From NCBI RefSeq assembly GCF_009914755.1, contig NC_060931.1: DNA of 64,000 nt; one strand, given 5' to 3'. Source of the stretch: the human T2T-CHM13v2.0 reference genome, Homo sapiens. Positions within the stretch are counted from its first letter, which is position 1; each line of letters starts with the position of its first letter. Positions 14,852-29,800 of the stretch are shown here, one piece after another. The position numbers were made by a program, and so were the translations under genes. Below the pieces are notes generated by a model. That model was not told where the DNA came from. It did no database searches and saw only the letters and a program-made list of their open reading frames with translations.

Positions 14852-17800
14852 AAACCTTCTGAGAACGTGCTTTGTGGTGTGTGCATTCATCTCACAGAGA
14901 TAAAGCTTTCTTTGGATTTGGCAGTTTGGAAACACTGTTACTGTAGAATCTGCGAAGGGGTATTAGGAGCTTAATGAGGCCAATGGTGAAAAAGCCAATA
15001 TCACAGAAAAAATAACTAGTAGGAAGCTATCTGAGAAACCGCTCTCTGATGTGTGCATTCAACTCTCAGAGATAAACCTTTCTTTTCATTCAGCAGTTTG
15101 GATACACTGTTTTTGCAGAATCTGTGAAGGGATACCTGGGAGCACATTGAGGCCTGTGGTGAAAAATGAAATAACTTCAGATAAAAACTAGAAGGAAGAT
15201 TTAAGAGAAAACGCTTTGTGATGGGTGCATTCAACACAGAGAGTTAAACCTTTCTGTGGATTCAGCCATTTACAAACACTGTTTTTGTCCATTCTGCCAA
15301 GGGATATTTGGGAGCACATTAAGTCCTATGGTGAAAAAGGAAATATCTTCAGATAAAAATTAGAAAGAAGGTTTCTGAGAAACTTCTTTGTGATGTGTGC
15401 ATTCATCTCACAGAGTTAAACCTATCTATGGATTCTGAAGTTTGCAAATACTGTTGTTCTACAATCTGCAAAGGGATATTTGGGAGCTCATTGAGGCCAA
15501 TGGCAAAAAAGTGAGTATCCCAGGATGAAAACTAGAAGGAAGCTATCTGAGAAACTGCTTTGTGATGTGTGCATGCATCTCTCAGAGTTAAAAGATTGTT
15601 TTAATTCAGCAGTGTGGAAACTGTTTTTGTAGAATCTGTGACATTATAATTGGGATTGCATGGAGGCCTATGTTGAAAAAGGAAATATCTTCAGATAGAA
15701 ACTAGAATATTTCTGAGAAACTACTTTGTGGTGTGTGCATTCATCTCACAGATTTAAACCTTCCTGTGGATTAAGCAGTTTGCAAATAATCTTATGTCCA
15801 TTCTGCAGATGAACATTGGGGAGCTCATTGAGGCCAATTGCAAAAAAAAAAACAATATCCCAGGATAAAAACTTGAAAGAACTTATTTGCAAAATCACTT
15901 TGTGATGCGTGCATCCACCTCACAGAGTTAAACGTTTCTTTTCATTCTGCAGTTTGGAAACACTGTTTTCATAGAATCTGAGAAGGGATAACTGAGAGTG
16001 CATTGAGGCCTCTACTGAAAAAGAAAATATCTTCAGATAAAAACTGGAAAGAAGCTTTTTGGAAACTGCTTTGTGATATGTGCATTCAGCTCAGAGAATT
16101 CAACCTTTCTGTGCATTTAGTAGTTTGCAAACACTGTTTTTGTCCATTCTGTGAATGGAAATTTGGGAGCTCTTTGAGGTCAATGGCAAAAAAGTTAATA
16201 TCTCAGGATAAAAAGTTGAAGGAAGCTACTTGATAAACTGCTTTCTGATGTGTACATTCATCTTGCAGAGTTAAACATTCCTTTACTTTCAGCAGATTGG
16301 AAACACTGTTTTCATAGATTCTGCAAAGGGATGTCTGAGAGCACATTGACACCTATGTTGGAAAAGGAAATATCTTCAGATGAAAACTAGAAGGAAGCTT
16401 TCTGAGAAACTGCTATGTGATGTGTGCATTCATCTCACAGGGTTAGAATTTTTGGTGGATTCAGCCATTTGCAAAAACTGTTTTGTCCATTTTGTGAATG
16501 GACATTTTGTAGTTCTTTGAGGCCAATGGGGAAAAAGTGAATACCACAGGATAAAAACTAGAAGGAAACTATCTGACAAAATGCTTTGTGACGTGTACAT
16601 TCACCTTGCAGAGATAAACCTTTCTTTCATTCAGCAGTCTGGAAACACTGTTTTGGCAGAATCTGTGGAGGGATATTTGGGAACACATAGAGGCCTATGG
16701 TGAAAAAGGAAATATCTTTAGATAAAAACTAGAATGAAACTTTCTTAGAAACTACTTTATGATGTGTGCATTCATCTCACAGAGTTAAGCATTTCTTTTC
16801 ATTCAGTAGTTTGGAAACACTGTTTTTTTCCATTCTGTGAATGGATATTTGGGGGTTCATTGAGGCCAATGGCCAAAATGAGAAAATCCCAGGATAAAAA
16901 CTAGAAAGAGTCTATCTGACAAAACACTTTGCGATGTGTGCATTCACCTCACAGAATTAAACCAGTCTGGGGATTCAGCAGTTGGCAAACACTGTTTTTG
17001 TCCATTCTGTGAATAGACATTTGGGAGCTCGTTGAGGCCAAAGGCAAAAGAGTGAATATCTCAGTATAAAAACTAGAAGAAAACTATCTGAAAAACGGCT
17101 TTGTGATGTATGCATTCATCTCACAGAGATAAACCTTTCTTTCCATTCAGCAGTTCAGAAACACTGTTTTTGTAGAATCTGTGAAGGGATATTTGGGAGC
17201 TTAATGAGGCCCAAGGTGAGAAAGTGAGTATCCCAAGAAAAAAAAACAAGAAAGAAGCTATCTGAGAAAATGCTTTGTGATGTGTGCATTCACCTCAGAG
17301 AGTTAAAAGTTTCTTTTCATTCATCAGTCTGGAAACACATTTCTGACAAAATCTGTGAAGGGATACTTGGGAGCACATTGAAGCCTATGCTAGAAAGGAA
17401 ATAGCTTCAGATAAAAACTAGAAAGAAGCTTTCTGAGAAACTGTTTTGTGAGGTGTTCCTTCATCTCCCAGAGATAAAACTTTCTTTGCATCAGCAGTTT
17501 GGAAAACTGTTGTAGAATCTGTAAAGTGATATTTTGGAGCTCATTTAGGCCAAAGGTGAAAAAGCAAATATCCCATGATATTTGCTAAGGGCACCATCTG
17601 AGGAACTGCTTTGTGATGTGTGCATTCATCTCTCTGAGATAAATATTTCTGTTCATTCAGCAGTTTGCAAATACGTTTTCGTAGAATCTGCAAAGGGATA
17701 TCTGGGGGTGCATGCAGGCCTAATATGAAAAAGGAAATATTTTCAGATAAAAACTGTAAAGAAGCATTCTGAAAAAGCTGCTTTGTGATGTATGCATTCA

Positions 17801-20800
17801 TCTCACAGAATTAAAGCTTTCTGTGGATTCAGTAGTTTGCAAACACTGTTTTTGCATATTCTGCAAGTGGACATTTTGGAGCTCAATGAGATAAATATGA
17901 AAAAGCGAATATACCAGGATAAAAACCAGAAAGTAGCTATCTGAGCAACTTCTTTGTGATGTGTGTATTTGCCTCACAGAGATAATCCTTTCTTTTCAGC
18001 CAGCAGTCTGGAAACCCTGTTTTGGAAGGATCCATGAGGGGGTGTTTAGGAGGAAAATGATTAAAAAGGAAATATCTTCAGATAAATACTAGAAAGAAGC
18101 TTTCTGATAAAGTGCTTATTGATCTGTGCATTCATCTCACAGAGTTAAGTCTTTGTGTGGATTCTGCAGTGTGCAAATACTGCTTTTGCCCAATCTGCAA
18201 ATGGACATTTGGGAGCTCATTGAGGCCAATGGCCAAAAAGTGAATATCCCAGGAAAAAAAACTAGAAGGAAGCTATCTGAGAGATCACTTTGTGATGAGT
18301 GCATTTGCCATGCAGAGATAAACATTTCTTTCCATTTACTAGTTTGGAAACACTGTTTTGTCGCATCTGTGAAGTTAAATTTTGAAGTGCATTAAGGACT
18401 CTGTTTAAAAAGGAAATATCTTCAGAGAAAAACTAGAAAGTAGCTTTCTGAGGAAGTGCTTAGTGATGTGTGCATATATCTCACAAAATTAACCCCGTCT
18501 GTGATTCAGCAGCATGAAAACCATGTTTTTGTGCATTCCGTAAATACACATTTTGGAGCTCATTGAGGCCAATGTGGAGAAAGCAAATATACTAGGATAA
18601 AAACGAGACTGATGCTCTTAGAGAAACCACTTTCTGATCTGCACATTCATCTCACAGAGTTCAACCTTTCTTTTCAATCAGCAGTCTGGAAACACTGTTT
18701 GGGCAGGGTCTGAGAAGGGATATTTGGGAGTACATTGAGGCCTAATGTGAAAAAGGAAATATCTTCAGATAGAAACTAGAAAGATGCTTTCTGAGAAACT
18801 ACTTTGTGATGTGTGCATTCACCCCACAGAGTTAAGCCTTTCTTTGGAGTCAGCATTTTGGAAACACTGTTTTTGTAGAATCTGCAAAGGGATATTTGGG
18901 AGCAAATTGTGGACTATGGTGAAAAAGGAAATATCTTCACATAAAAATTAGAAAGAACGTTTCTGAGAAACTGCTTTGTGATGTGTGCATTCATCTCAAA
19001 TAGTTAAACCTTACTTTTGACTGAGCAGATTGGAAATACTGTAGTTACATAATCTGGGAAGGGATAATTGGGAGCTCATTAAGGCCGATGGCTAAAAAGC
19101 AAATATCCAAGGAAAAACACTAGAAGGATGCAATCTGAGAAACTGCTTTGTGATGGGTGCATTCATCTCGCAGAGTTAAAACGTTCTTTTCATTCAGCAG
19201 TTTGGAGACAATGTTTTCATAGGACCTGTGAAGTGATATCTGGGAGCTCATTGAGGCCTATGTTGAAAAAGGAAATATCTTCAGATAAAAACTAGAAAGA
19301 AGCATTCTGAGAAACTGCTTTGAGATGTGTGCATTCATCTCAAGAGTTAAACAATTCTTTGGATTCAGTTCTTTGGAAAGCACTATTGTTGTAGAATCTG
19401 CAAAGGGATATTTGGGAGCTCATTGATGTCAAAGGTGAAAAAGTAAATACCCCATTATAAAAACTGGAAGGAAGCTGTCTAAGAAACTGCTTTGTGACGT
19501 GTGGATTCACCTCGCAGAGATAAATCTTCACTTTCCTTCAGCAGTCTGGAAACACTATTTTGGCATGATCCGCGAAGTGATATTTATGACCACATAGAGG
19601 ACTATGGTGGAGACCAATGGCAAAAAAGAGAATATCACTGGATAAAAACTACAAGGAAGCTATCTGAGCAACCACTTTGTGATGTGTCCATCATCTCACA
19701 GAGTTAAAACTTTCTTTTCCTCCAGCAGTTTGGACACACTATTTTTGTATAATCTGCAAAGGGATATCTGGGAGCACATGGAGGCCTATGGTGAAAAAGG
19801 AAATATATTCATATAAAAATGAGAAAGAAGCTTTCTGAGAAACTGCTTTGTGATGTGTGCATTCTTCTCACAGAGTTAAACCATTCTGTGGATTCTGCAG
19901 TTTGCAAACACATTCTGCAAATGGACATTTGGGAGTTCATTGAGGCCAATGAAGAAAAAGTGAATATCCCAAGATATAAACTAGAAGGAAGCTATCTGAG
20001 AAACAGTTTTGTGACGTGTACATTAACCTCACAGATATAAACCTTTCTTTTCATACAGCAATCTGGAAACACTGTATTTTTCAGAATCCATGAAGGCATA
20101 TTTGGGAGGGCTTTGAGGCCTATGGTGAAAAAGGAAATTTCTTCAGATAAAAACTAGAAAGAAGCTTTCTGAGAAACTGCTTTGTGATATGTGCATTCAT
20201 CTCACAGAGTTAAATATTTCTCTGGATTCAACAGTTTGGAAACACTGTGTTGTGGCATCTGTGAAGGTGTATTTTTGACCTCATTAAGGCCCATGTCAAA
20301 AAAGTGAATATCCCAGGATAAAAAGTAGAAGGAAGCCATCTGAGAAACTGATTTGTGATGTGTGCATTCACCTCACAGAGTTAAAATTTTTTTTCATTCA
20401 GATGTTTGGAAACACCATTTTCATAGAATCTGTGAAGGGATATTGGGGAGTGCATTGAGGCTTCTGGTGAAAAAGGAAATATCTTCAGATAAAAACCAGA
20501 AAGAAGCTTTTTCAGAAATTGCTTTGTAATGTGTGCATTCACCTCACAGAGATAAACCTTTCTTTGGATTTAGTAGTTTTCAAACACTGTTTTTGTCCAT
20601 TCTGCAAATAGGCATTTCAGAGTTCATTGAAGCCAATGGTGAAATAGTGAATAACCCAGGATAAAAACTAGAAGGAAACCATCTGTGAAACAGCTTCATG
20701 ATGTGTGCATTCACATCACAGAGATAAATCTTTTTTATTCATTCAGCAGTCTGGAAACACTCTTTTGATAGAATTCACAAAGGGATATTTGGGAGCTCTT

Positions 20801-23800
20801 AGAGGCCTATGGTAAAACAGAAATTATCTTCAGATAAATCTAGAAAGAAGCCTTATGAGAAACTGCTTTGAGATGTGTGCATTGATCTCACATAGTTAAA
20901 CCTTTCTTTGTATTCAGCAGTTTGGAAACATTGGTGTTGTGGAGGTGAAGGCTATTTGGAAGCTCATTGCAGCCAATGGGTGGGGGAAGCAAATATCAAA
21001 GGATAAAAACTAGAGGAAAGATTTCTGAGGAACCACTTTGTGTTGTGTGTATTCACTTCACAGAGTTAAAACTTTATTTTCATTCAGCAGTCTGGAAACG
21101 CAGTTTTTGTAGAATCAACAAAGTTATATTTGGCAGCACATTGAGGCTTATGGTGAAAAAGGAAATATCTTCAGATTAAAACTAGCAAGAAGCTTTCTGA
21201 GAAACTGCTTTGTGATGTGTGCATTCGTCTATCAGAATTAAACCTTTCTATGGATTCAGAGGTTTGGAAACACTGTTTTTGTCCATTATGCAAATGGACA
21301 TTTGGGAGCTCATTGAGTCCAATGGCAAAAGAATGAATATCCCAGGATAAAAGTTGGAAGGAGGCTATCTAAGAAACTGCTTTGTATATGTGCATTCACC
21401 TCACAGAGATAAACTTTTTTTTCATTTAACAGTCTGGAAACACTGTTTTGGTGGAATCCACGAAGGGATATTTGGGAGTGCTTTGATGCATATGGTGAAA
21501 AAGGAAATATATTCAGATTAAAACTAGAAAGAAGCTTTCTGAGAAACTGCTTTGTGATGTGTACATTCATCTCACAGAGTTAAACTTTTCTTTGGATTCA
21601 GCAGTTTGCAAACACTGTTTTTGTAGAATCTGCAAAGGAATATTTGGGAACCCATTGAGGCCAATGGTAAAAAAGCAAATATCCCAGGATAAAAAGAAGA
21701 AGGAAGCCATCTGAGAAACTGCTTTGTGATGTGTGAACTCAACTCACAGAGTTAAACTTTTCCTTTCATTCAGCAGTTTGGAAATACTGTTTTCATAGAA
21801 TCTGCGAAGGGATACTTGGGAGCCCATTGAGGTCTATGGTGAAAAAGGAAACACCTTCAGAAAAAAACTAGAAAGAAGATTTCTGAGAAATTGCTATGTG
21901 ATGTGTGCATTCATCTCCCAGAAATAAACCTTTCTTTGGTTAGCAGTTTGTAAACACTGTTTCTGTCTATTCTGCGAATAGACTTTGGGAGATCATGAGG
22001 TCAATGTCAAAAAAGTGAATATCCCAGGATAAGCATTAGCAGGAAGCTATCTGAGAAAGTGCTTTGTGATGTGTGCATTCATCTCACAGAGTAAAACCTT
22101 TCTGTGCATTCAACAGTTTGCAAACACAGTTTTTGTCCATTCTGTAAATGGACATTAGGGAACTCATTGAGGCCAATGGTGAAAAAGAAAATATCCCAGG
22201 ATGAAAACTGGAAGGAAGCAATCTGAGAAACACCTTTGTGATGAGTGCCTTCACCTCACAGAGATAAAGCTTTCTTTTATTTCAGCAGCCTGGAAACACT
22301 GTTTTCATAAAATCTACGAAGTGATATATGGGAGCGCATTGAGGCCGATAGTAAAAAAGGAAATATATACAGATAAACACGTGAAAGAAGCTTTCTGAGA
22401 AACTGCTTTTTGTTGAGTACATTCATCTCACATAGTTAACGTTTCTTTGGATTCTGCAGTTTGGATACACTGTTGTTGTAGAATCTCTGAGGGGATAATT
22501 GGCAGCTCATTGAGGCCAATGTTGAAAAAGGGAATATCCCAGGATAAAAAGTAGAAGAAAGCCATTTGAGAAGCTGCCTTGTGATGTGTGCATTCACCTC
22601 ACAGAGTTAAAACTTTCTTTTCATACAGCAGTCTGGAAAAACTGTTTTGGAAGATCTGCAAAGGGATATTTGGGGGAGGCTTGAGGTCTATGTTGAAAAA
22701 GGAAATGTCTTCAGAGTAAAACTAGGAAGATTTCTGAGAAACTGCTTCATGCTGTGTGCATTCATCTCTGAGACTTAAAAATGTTTTTGGATTCAGTAGT
22801 TTGGAAACACTGCTGTTGTAGAATCTGCAATGGGAGATTTAGGAGCTCTTTGGGGCCAATGGATATAAAGCTAATAACCCAGGATTAAAACTAGAAGGAA
22901 GCTATATGAGAAACTGCTTTCTGATGTGTGCATTTATCTAACAGAGTTTAACCTATCTTTTCATACAGCATTCTGGAAACACGGTTTTGGCAGAATCCAT
23001 GAAGGAATATCTTGGAGCCCAGTGAGGTCTATGGTGAAAAAGGAAATATCATCAGATAAAAACTAGAAAGAAGCTTTCTAAGAAACTGCTTTATTATGTA
23101 TGCATTCATCTCACAGTGTTAAACCTGGCTTTGGATTCAGCAGTTTGTAAACACTGTTGTTTTAGAATCTGAGAAGGGATATTTGGGAACTCATTGAAGC
23201 CAATGGCAGAAAAGCAAATATCCCAGAAAAAAAAAACTAGAAGCAAGCTACATGAGAAACAGCTTTGCATTGTGTGCATTCATCTGTCAGAGTTAAACTT
23301 TTCTTTTCTTTCAGTAGTTTGCATAAACTCTTTTTGTAGAATCTATGAAAGGATATCGGAGAGCTCATTGAGGCCAATGGCAAAAAAGTGAATATCCCAG
23401 GATAAAAACTAGAAAGAAGCTATCTGAGAACAGGTTCATGATGTGTGCATTCACCTTGCAGTGATAAAACTTTATTTTCATTCAGGAGTCTGGACACTCT
23501 GTTTTGGCAGAATCCATGAAGGGATATTTTGGAGTGCATTGAAGCCTATGGTGAAAAAGGAAATATCTTCAGATAAAAACTAGAAAGAAGCTTTCTGAGA
23601 AACTGCTTTGTGATGCATGCATTCAACTCACAGACTTAAATATTTCTGTGAATTCAGCAGTTTGCAAACAGTGTTGCTGTAGAATCTGCGAAGGGGCATT
23701 TGGCAGCTCATTGAGGCCAAAGGTGAAAAAATGCATATCCCAGGATAAAAATTAGAAAGAGACTATTTGACAAACAGCTTTGTGATGTGTGAATTTATCT

Positions 23801-26800
23801 CACAGAGTTAAAACTTACTTTTCATTCAGCAGTTTGGAAACACTGTTTTCCTAGTATCTGCTAAGGGATATCTGGGAGTGAATTTGGGCCTACAGTGAGA
23901 AAGGAAATATCTTCAGATAAAAACTAGAAAGAAGCTTTCTGAAAAACTGCTTTGTGATGTGTGCATTCATCCCACAGAGTTCAACCTTTCTTTGGATTCA
24001 GAAGTTTGGAAACACTGTTGATGTAGAATCTGCAAAGGCATATTTGGGAGATTAATGAGGCCAAAGGGAACAACAGGATATCCCAGGAAAAAAACTAGAA
24101 GGAAGCTCTCTGGGAAACCGTTTTGTGATGTGTGCACTCATCTCTCTGAGTTAAAGCATTATTTTCATACAGCAGTGTGGAAACACTGTTTTGGCAGAAT
24201 CTGGCAATTCATATTTGGGAGCGCTCAGAGGCCAATGCTGAAAAAGGAAATATCTTCAGATAAAAATTAGAAAGAAGCTTTCTGAGAAACTGCTTTGTGA
24301 TGTGTGTATTCATCTCACAGAGTTCAACCTTTCTGTTTATTAAGCAGTTTGCAAACACAGTTTTTGTCCATTCTGCAAATGGACGTTTGGGAGATCATTT
24401 AGGTCAATGACGAAAAAGGGAATATCACAGGATAAAAAGTGGAAGTAAGTTATCTGAGAAACTGACTTTTGATGTCTGCATTTACATCACAGAGGAAACT
24501 TTTCTTTTCATTCAGCAGTCTGGAGACATTGTTTTGGCAGAATCCGTGAAGGGATATTTAGGAGTGTATAAAGGTCTATGGTGAAAAATGAAATATCTTC
24601 AGATAAAAACTAGAAAGAAGCTTTCTGAGAAAATGTTTTGTGATGTGTGCATTCTTCTCACAGAGTTAAACCTTTCTTTTCATTCAGCAGTTTGGAAACA
24701 CTGATGTTGTAGAATCTGCAAAGGTATATTTTGTAGCTTAATGAGGCCAAAGGGGAAAAACTGAATATCCCAGGAAAAAAAACTAGAAGGAAGCAATGTG
24801 AGAAACCCCTTTGCATTGTGAGTATTCATCTCTCAGAGTTAAAAGGTTCTTTTCATTCAGTAATTTGGAAACACTGTTTTGGTAGAATCTGCAAAGTTAT
24901 ATTTGGGAGTGCATAGAAGCCTCTGCTGAAAAAGGACATACCTTGAGATAAAAACTAGAAAGAAACATTCTGAGAAACTGCTTTGTGATGTGTACATTCA
25001 TCCCACAGAGTTTGACTTTTCTGTGCATTAAGCAGTTTTCAAACACTGTTTTTATCTATTCTGAAAATGGATATTTGGGGGCTCATTGAGGCCAATGGCA
25101 AAAAAATGAATATCCCAGGATAAAAACTACAAGTAAGCTATATGAGAAACCGCTTTGTGATGTGTGCATTCATCTTGCTGAGTTAAACCTTTCTTTTCAT
25201 TGAGCAGTTTGGAAACACTCTTTTCATAGAATATGCAAAGGTCTATCTGGGAGCACATTGAAGCCTATCGTGAAAACGTCAATATATTCTGATAAAAACT
25301 AGAAAGAAGCTTTCAGAGGAACTGCTTTGTGATGTGAGCATTCATCTCTCAAAGTTAAACCTTTCTTTATATTCAGCAGTTTGGAAACTGTTGTAGCATC
25401 TGCGAAGGGATATTTGGGAGCTCATTGAGGCCAATGGCAAAAAAGTGAATATCCCAGGATAAAAACTAGAAGGAAGCTATCTGATAAGCTGTTTTGTGAT
25501 GTGTGCATTCACCTCACAGAGTTAAATCTTTTTTTTTTTCATTCAGCAGTCTGGGAACACTGTTTTGGCAGTAATTGGGAAAGGATATTTGGGAGCACAA
25601 TGAGGCCTTCTGGAGAGCATAGAGGCCAATGTGAGAAAGCAATTATCTTCAGATAAAGACTAGAAAGAAACTTCCTGAGAAACAGTTTTGTGATGTGTGC
25701 ATTCATCTCACAGAGTTAAACCTTTATGTGGATTCAGAAGTTTGCAAATTCTGTTTTTGACCCTTCTGCGAATGGACATTTGGGAGCTTATTGATGCCAA
25801 TTGCAAAAACGTGAGTATCCCAGGATAAAAAATAGAAATAAGCTATCTGAGAAACCACTTTGTGATGTGTGCATTCATCTCTCAGAGATAAACCTGTCTT
25901 TTTTTGCAGAAGTTAGGAAACCCTATTTTCATAGAATCTGTGAAGGGATATCTGGAAGCACATTGATAAAACTAGATAAAAGCATTCTGAGAAACTGCTT
26001 GGTGATACACGTATTCATCTCACAGCGTTAAGCCTTTCTTTGGATTCAGCAGTTTGTAAACACTGTTGTTGTTGAATCTGTGAAGGGATATTTGGGAGCT
26101 CCCTGAGGCCAATGGGAAAAAAGCAAATATCCCAGGATAAAAACTAGAAGGAAGCTGTTTGAGAAACTGCTTTGTGATGTGTGCATTCATCTCACAGAGT
26201 TAACCCTTTCTTTTCATTCAGCAGTCTGGAAACAATCTTTTGGCAGAAACCATGATGGGATATTTGGGAGCGCATTGAGGACTATGGTAAAAAAGAAAAT
26301 ATATTCAGATAAAAACTGGAAAGAAGATTTCTAAGAAACTGCTTTGTCATGTGTACATTCATCTCACAGAATTAAAACTTTCTGTGGAATCAGCATTTTG
26401 GAAACACTGTGACCATTCTGCAAATTGATATTTTGGAGTTCTTTGAAGTCAAAGGTGAAAAAGTGAATATCCCAGGATAAAAACTAGAAGGAAGCTACCT
26501 CAGAAACTGCTTTGTGATGTGTGGATTCACCTCACAGAGTTAAAACTTCCTTTTCATACAGCTGTCTGGAAACTCTTTTTTGTCAGAATCCATGTCAGGA
26601 TATTTGGCAGGGAATTGAGGCCAATGGTGAAAAAGTAAATAACTTCAGATAAAAACTAGAAAGAAGCTTTCTGAGAAACTGCTTTGTGATACCCACATTC
26701 ATCTCAAGAATTAAACCTTTCTTTGGATTCAGCAGTTTGGAAACACTCTTATTGTAGAATCTGTGAAGGGATATGTGGGAACTCATTGAGGCCAATGGCA

Positions 26801-29800
26801 TAGAAGTGAATATCCCAGCATAAAAATGAGAAGGAAGCTCTTTGAGAAACTGCTTTGTGATATTTGCATTCACCTCACAGAGTTAAAGCTTTCTTTTCAT
26901 TGAGTAATTGGGAAACACTGTTTTCTTAGAATCTGCAAAGTGATAATTGGGGTCGCTTTGAGACCTATGGTTAAAAAGGAAATATCTTCAGAAAAAAAAC
27001 TAGAAAGAAGCTATCTGGGAAACGGCTTTGTGATGTGTGCATTCGTCTCACAGAGATGAAGCCTTCTGTGGAATCAGCAGTTTAGAAACACTGTTTTTCT
27101 CCATTCTGCGAATGGACTTTTGAGATCTCATTGAAGCCAATGGCGAAAAAGTGAATATCCCAGGATAAAAACTGGAAAAAAGCTATCTGTGAAGCCACTT
27201 TGGAAGTGTGAACTCACCTCACAGAGGTAAAACTTTCTATTCATTCAACAGTCTGGAAACACTGTTTTGGCAGAATCTGCAAAGGGATATTTGGGAGCTT
27301 AATGAGGCCAAAGGCGAAAAAGTGAACATCCCAGGAAAAATGAGAAAAAAGCTACCTGAGAATTTGCTTTGTGATGTGGTCATTCATCTCTCAGAGTTAA
27401 ACCTTTCTTTTCATCCAGCAGTGTGAAAACACTGTTTTTGCAGAATCTGTGAAGTTATTGTTGGGCCCACATTCAGGCCTATTGTGAAAAAGAAATAGCT
27501 TCAGATAATAACTAGAAAGAAGCTTTCTGAGAAACTGATTTGTGATGTGTGCATTCATCTCACGAGTTAAGCATTTCTGTATATCCAGCAGTTTGGAAAC
27601 ACTGTTGTAGAATCTGTGAAAGGATATTTGGGAGCTCAATGAGGCCAAAGGTGAAAAAACAAATATCCCAGGAAAACAATAAGAAGGAAGTTATCGGGGA
27701 AACTGCTTTGTGATGTGGACATTCAACTCGAGGGCTAAAACTTCCTTTTCACTCAGCAATCTGGAAACACTGTTTTGGCAGAAACATTGAAGGGATATTT
27801 CAGAGCACATTGAGGCCTATGGTGAAAAAGGACAAATCTTGAAATAAAAAAACTAGAAAGAAACATTCTGAGAAACCACTTTGTGGTGTGTGCATTCCTC
27901 TCACAGAGTTAAACCTTCCTTTGGATTCAACAGTTTGGAAACACTGTTGCTGTAGAATCTGTGAAGGGATATTTAGGAGCTCTTTGAGGCCAATGGCAAA
28001 GAAGTGAATATCCCAGGATAAAAACTAGAAGGAATCTCTTTGAGAAACTGCTTAGTAATGTGTGTATTCATCTCACAGAGTTAAACTTTTGTTTTCATTC
28101 AGCAGTTTGGAAACACTGTTTTCATACAAACTGTGAAGGGATATCCATAAGCCCATTGATGCCTATGGTGAAAAAGGAAATATCTTCTGATAAAAACTAG
28201 AAAGAAGCTTTCTGAGAAACTGCTTTAAGATGTGTGCATTTACCTCACAGAGTTAAAACTTCATGTGGATTCAACAGTTTGCAAACACTGTTTTGTCCAT
28301 TCTACCTTTGGCCATTTGGGAGCTCCTTGAGGCCAATGGTGAAAAAGTGAATATCTGAGGAAAAAACCTAGAAGGAAGCTATCTGAGAAAGCACTTTGGG
28401 TTGAGTGCATTCATCTTGCAGAGATAAACATTTCTGTTAATTCTGCAGTCTGGAAACACAGTTTTGGCAGAACCTGGGAAGGAATATTTGGGAGCACATT
28501 GAGGCCTATGGAGAAAAAGGAAATATCTTCAGATAAAAACAAGAAAGAAGTTTTCTGAGAAACTGCTTTGTGATGCGTGTGATCATCTCACAGAGGTAAA
28601 CGTTTCTTTTCATTCAGCAACTTGGAAACACTGTTTTCATAGAGTCTGCAAAGTGATATCTGGCAGCACATTGAGGCCTATGGTGAAAAAGAACATATCA
28701 TCAGACAAAACTAGAATGAAACTTTCTGATAAACTGCTTTGAGATATGTGCATTCACCTCAAAGAGTTAAGCTTTTCTTTGGATACAGCATTTTGAAGAG
28801 ACTGTTGCTGTCCATTCTGCAAACAGACATTTGGGAGCTCATTGAGGCCAATGGCAAAAAAGGGAATGTCCCAGGATAAAAACTAGAAGGAGGCTATTTG
28901 AGAAAGCACTTTGTGATGTGTGCATTCATCTCGCAGAGTTATACCTTTCTTTTCATTCAGCAGTTTGGAACACTGTTTTCAGAGAATCTGCGAAGAGATA
29001 TCTAGGAGCACATTGATGCCTGTGGTGAAAAAGGAGATATCTTCAGATAAAAACTATAAAAAGAAGCTTTCAGAGAAACTGCTTTGTCATGTGTGCATTC
29101 ATCTCACAGAGTTAAATCTTTCTTTGGATTCACCAGTTTGGAAACACTGTTCTTGTAGAATCTACGAAGAGATATTTGGGAGTGCATTGAGGCCAATGGT
29201 GAAAAAGCAAACATCCAAGAATAAAAATTTGAAGGAAGCTATGTGAGAAACCACTTTATGATGTGAGTATTCATCTCACAGTGTTAAAACTTTCTTTTCA
29301 TTCAGTAGTCTGGAAACACTCTTTTGGCAGAATCTATGAAGGGATATTTTGGAGCACATAGAGGCCTATCGTGAAAGGGAACTATCCTCAGATAAAAATT
29401 AGAAATAGAGGTTCTGAGAAACTGCTTTGTGATGTGTGTATTTATGTTACAGAGTTAAACCTTTCATTGGATTCAGCAGTTTGGAAACACTGTTGTAGAA
29501 TCTGTGAAGTGATATTTGAGAGCACATAGAGGCCTATGCTGAAAAAGGAAATATCTTCAGTTAAAAACTAGAGAGAAGATTTCTAGGAACAGCTTGGTGG
29601 TGGGTGCATTGCTATCACAGAGTTCAACCTTTCTGTGGATTAAGCAGTTTGCAAACACGGTTTTTGTCCATTGTGCAAATGGACATTTTGGAGCCCATTG
29701 AGGCCAAAGGGAAAAAAGCGAATGTCCTAGGATAAAAACTAGAAGGAAGCTATTTGAGAAACTGCTTTGTGATGTACGCATTCAACTCGCAGACTTAAAC

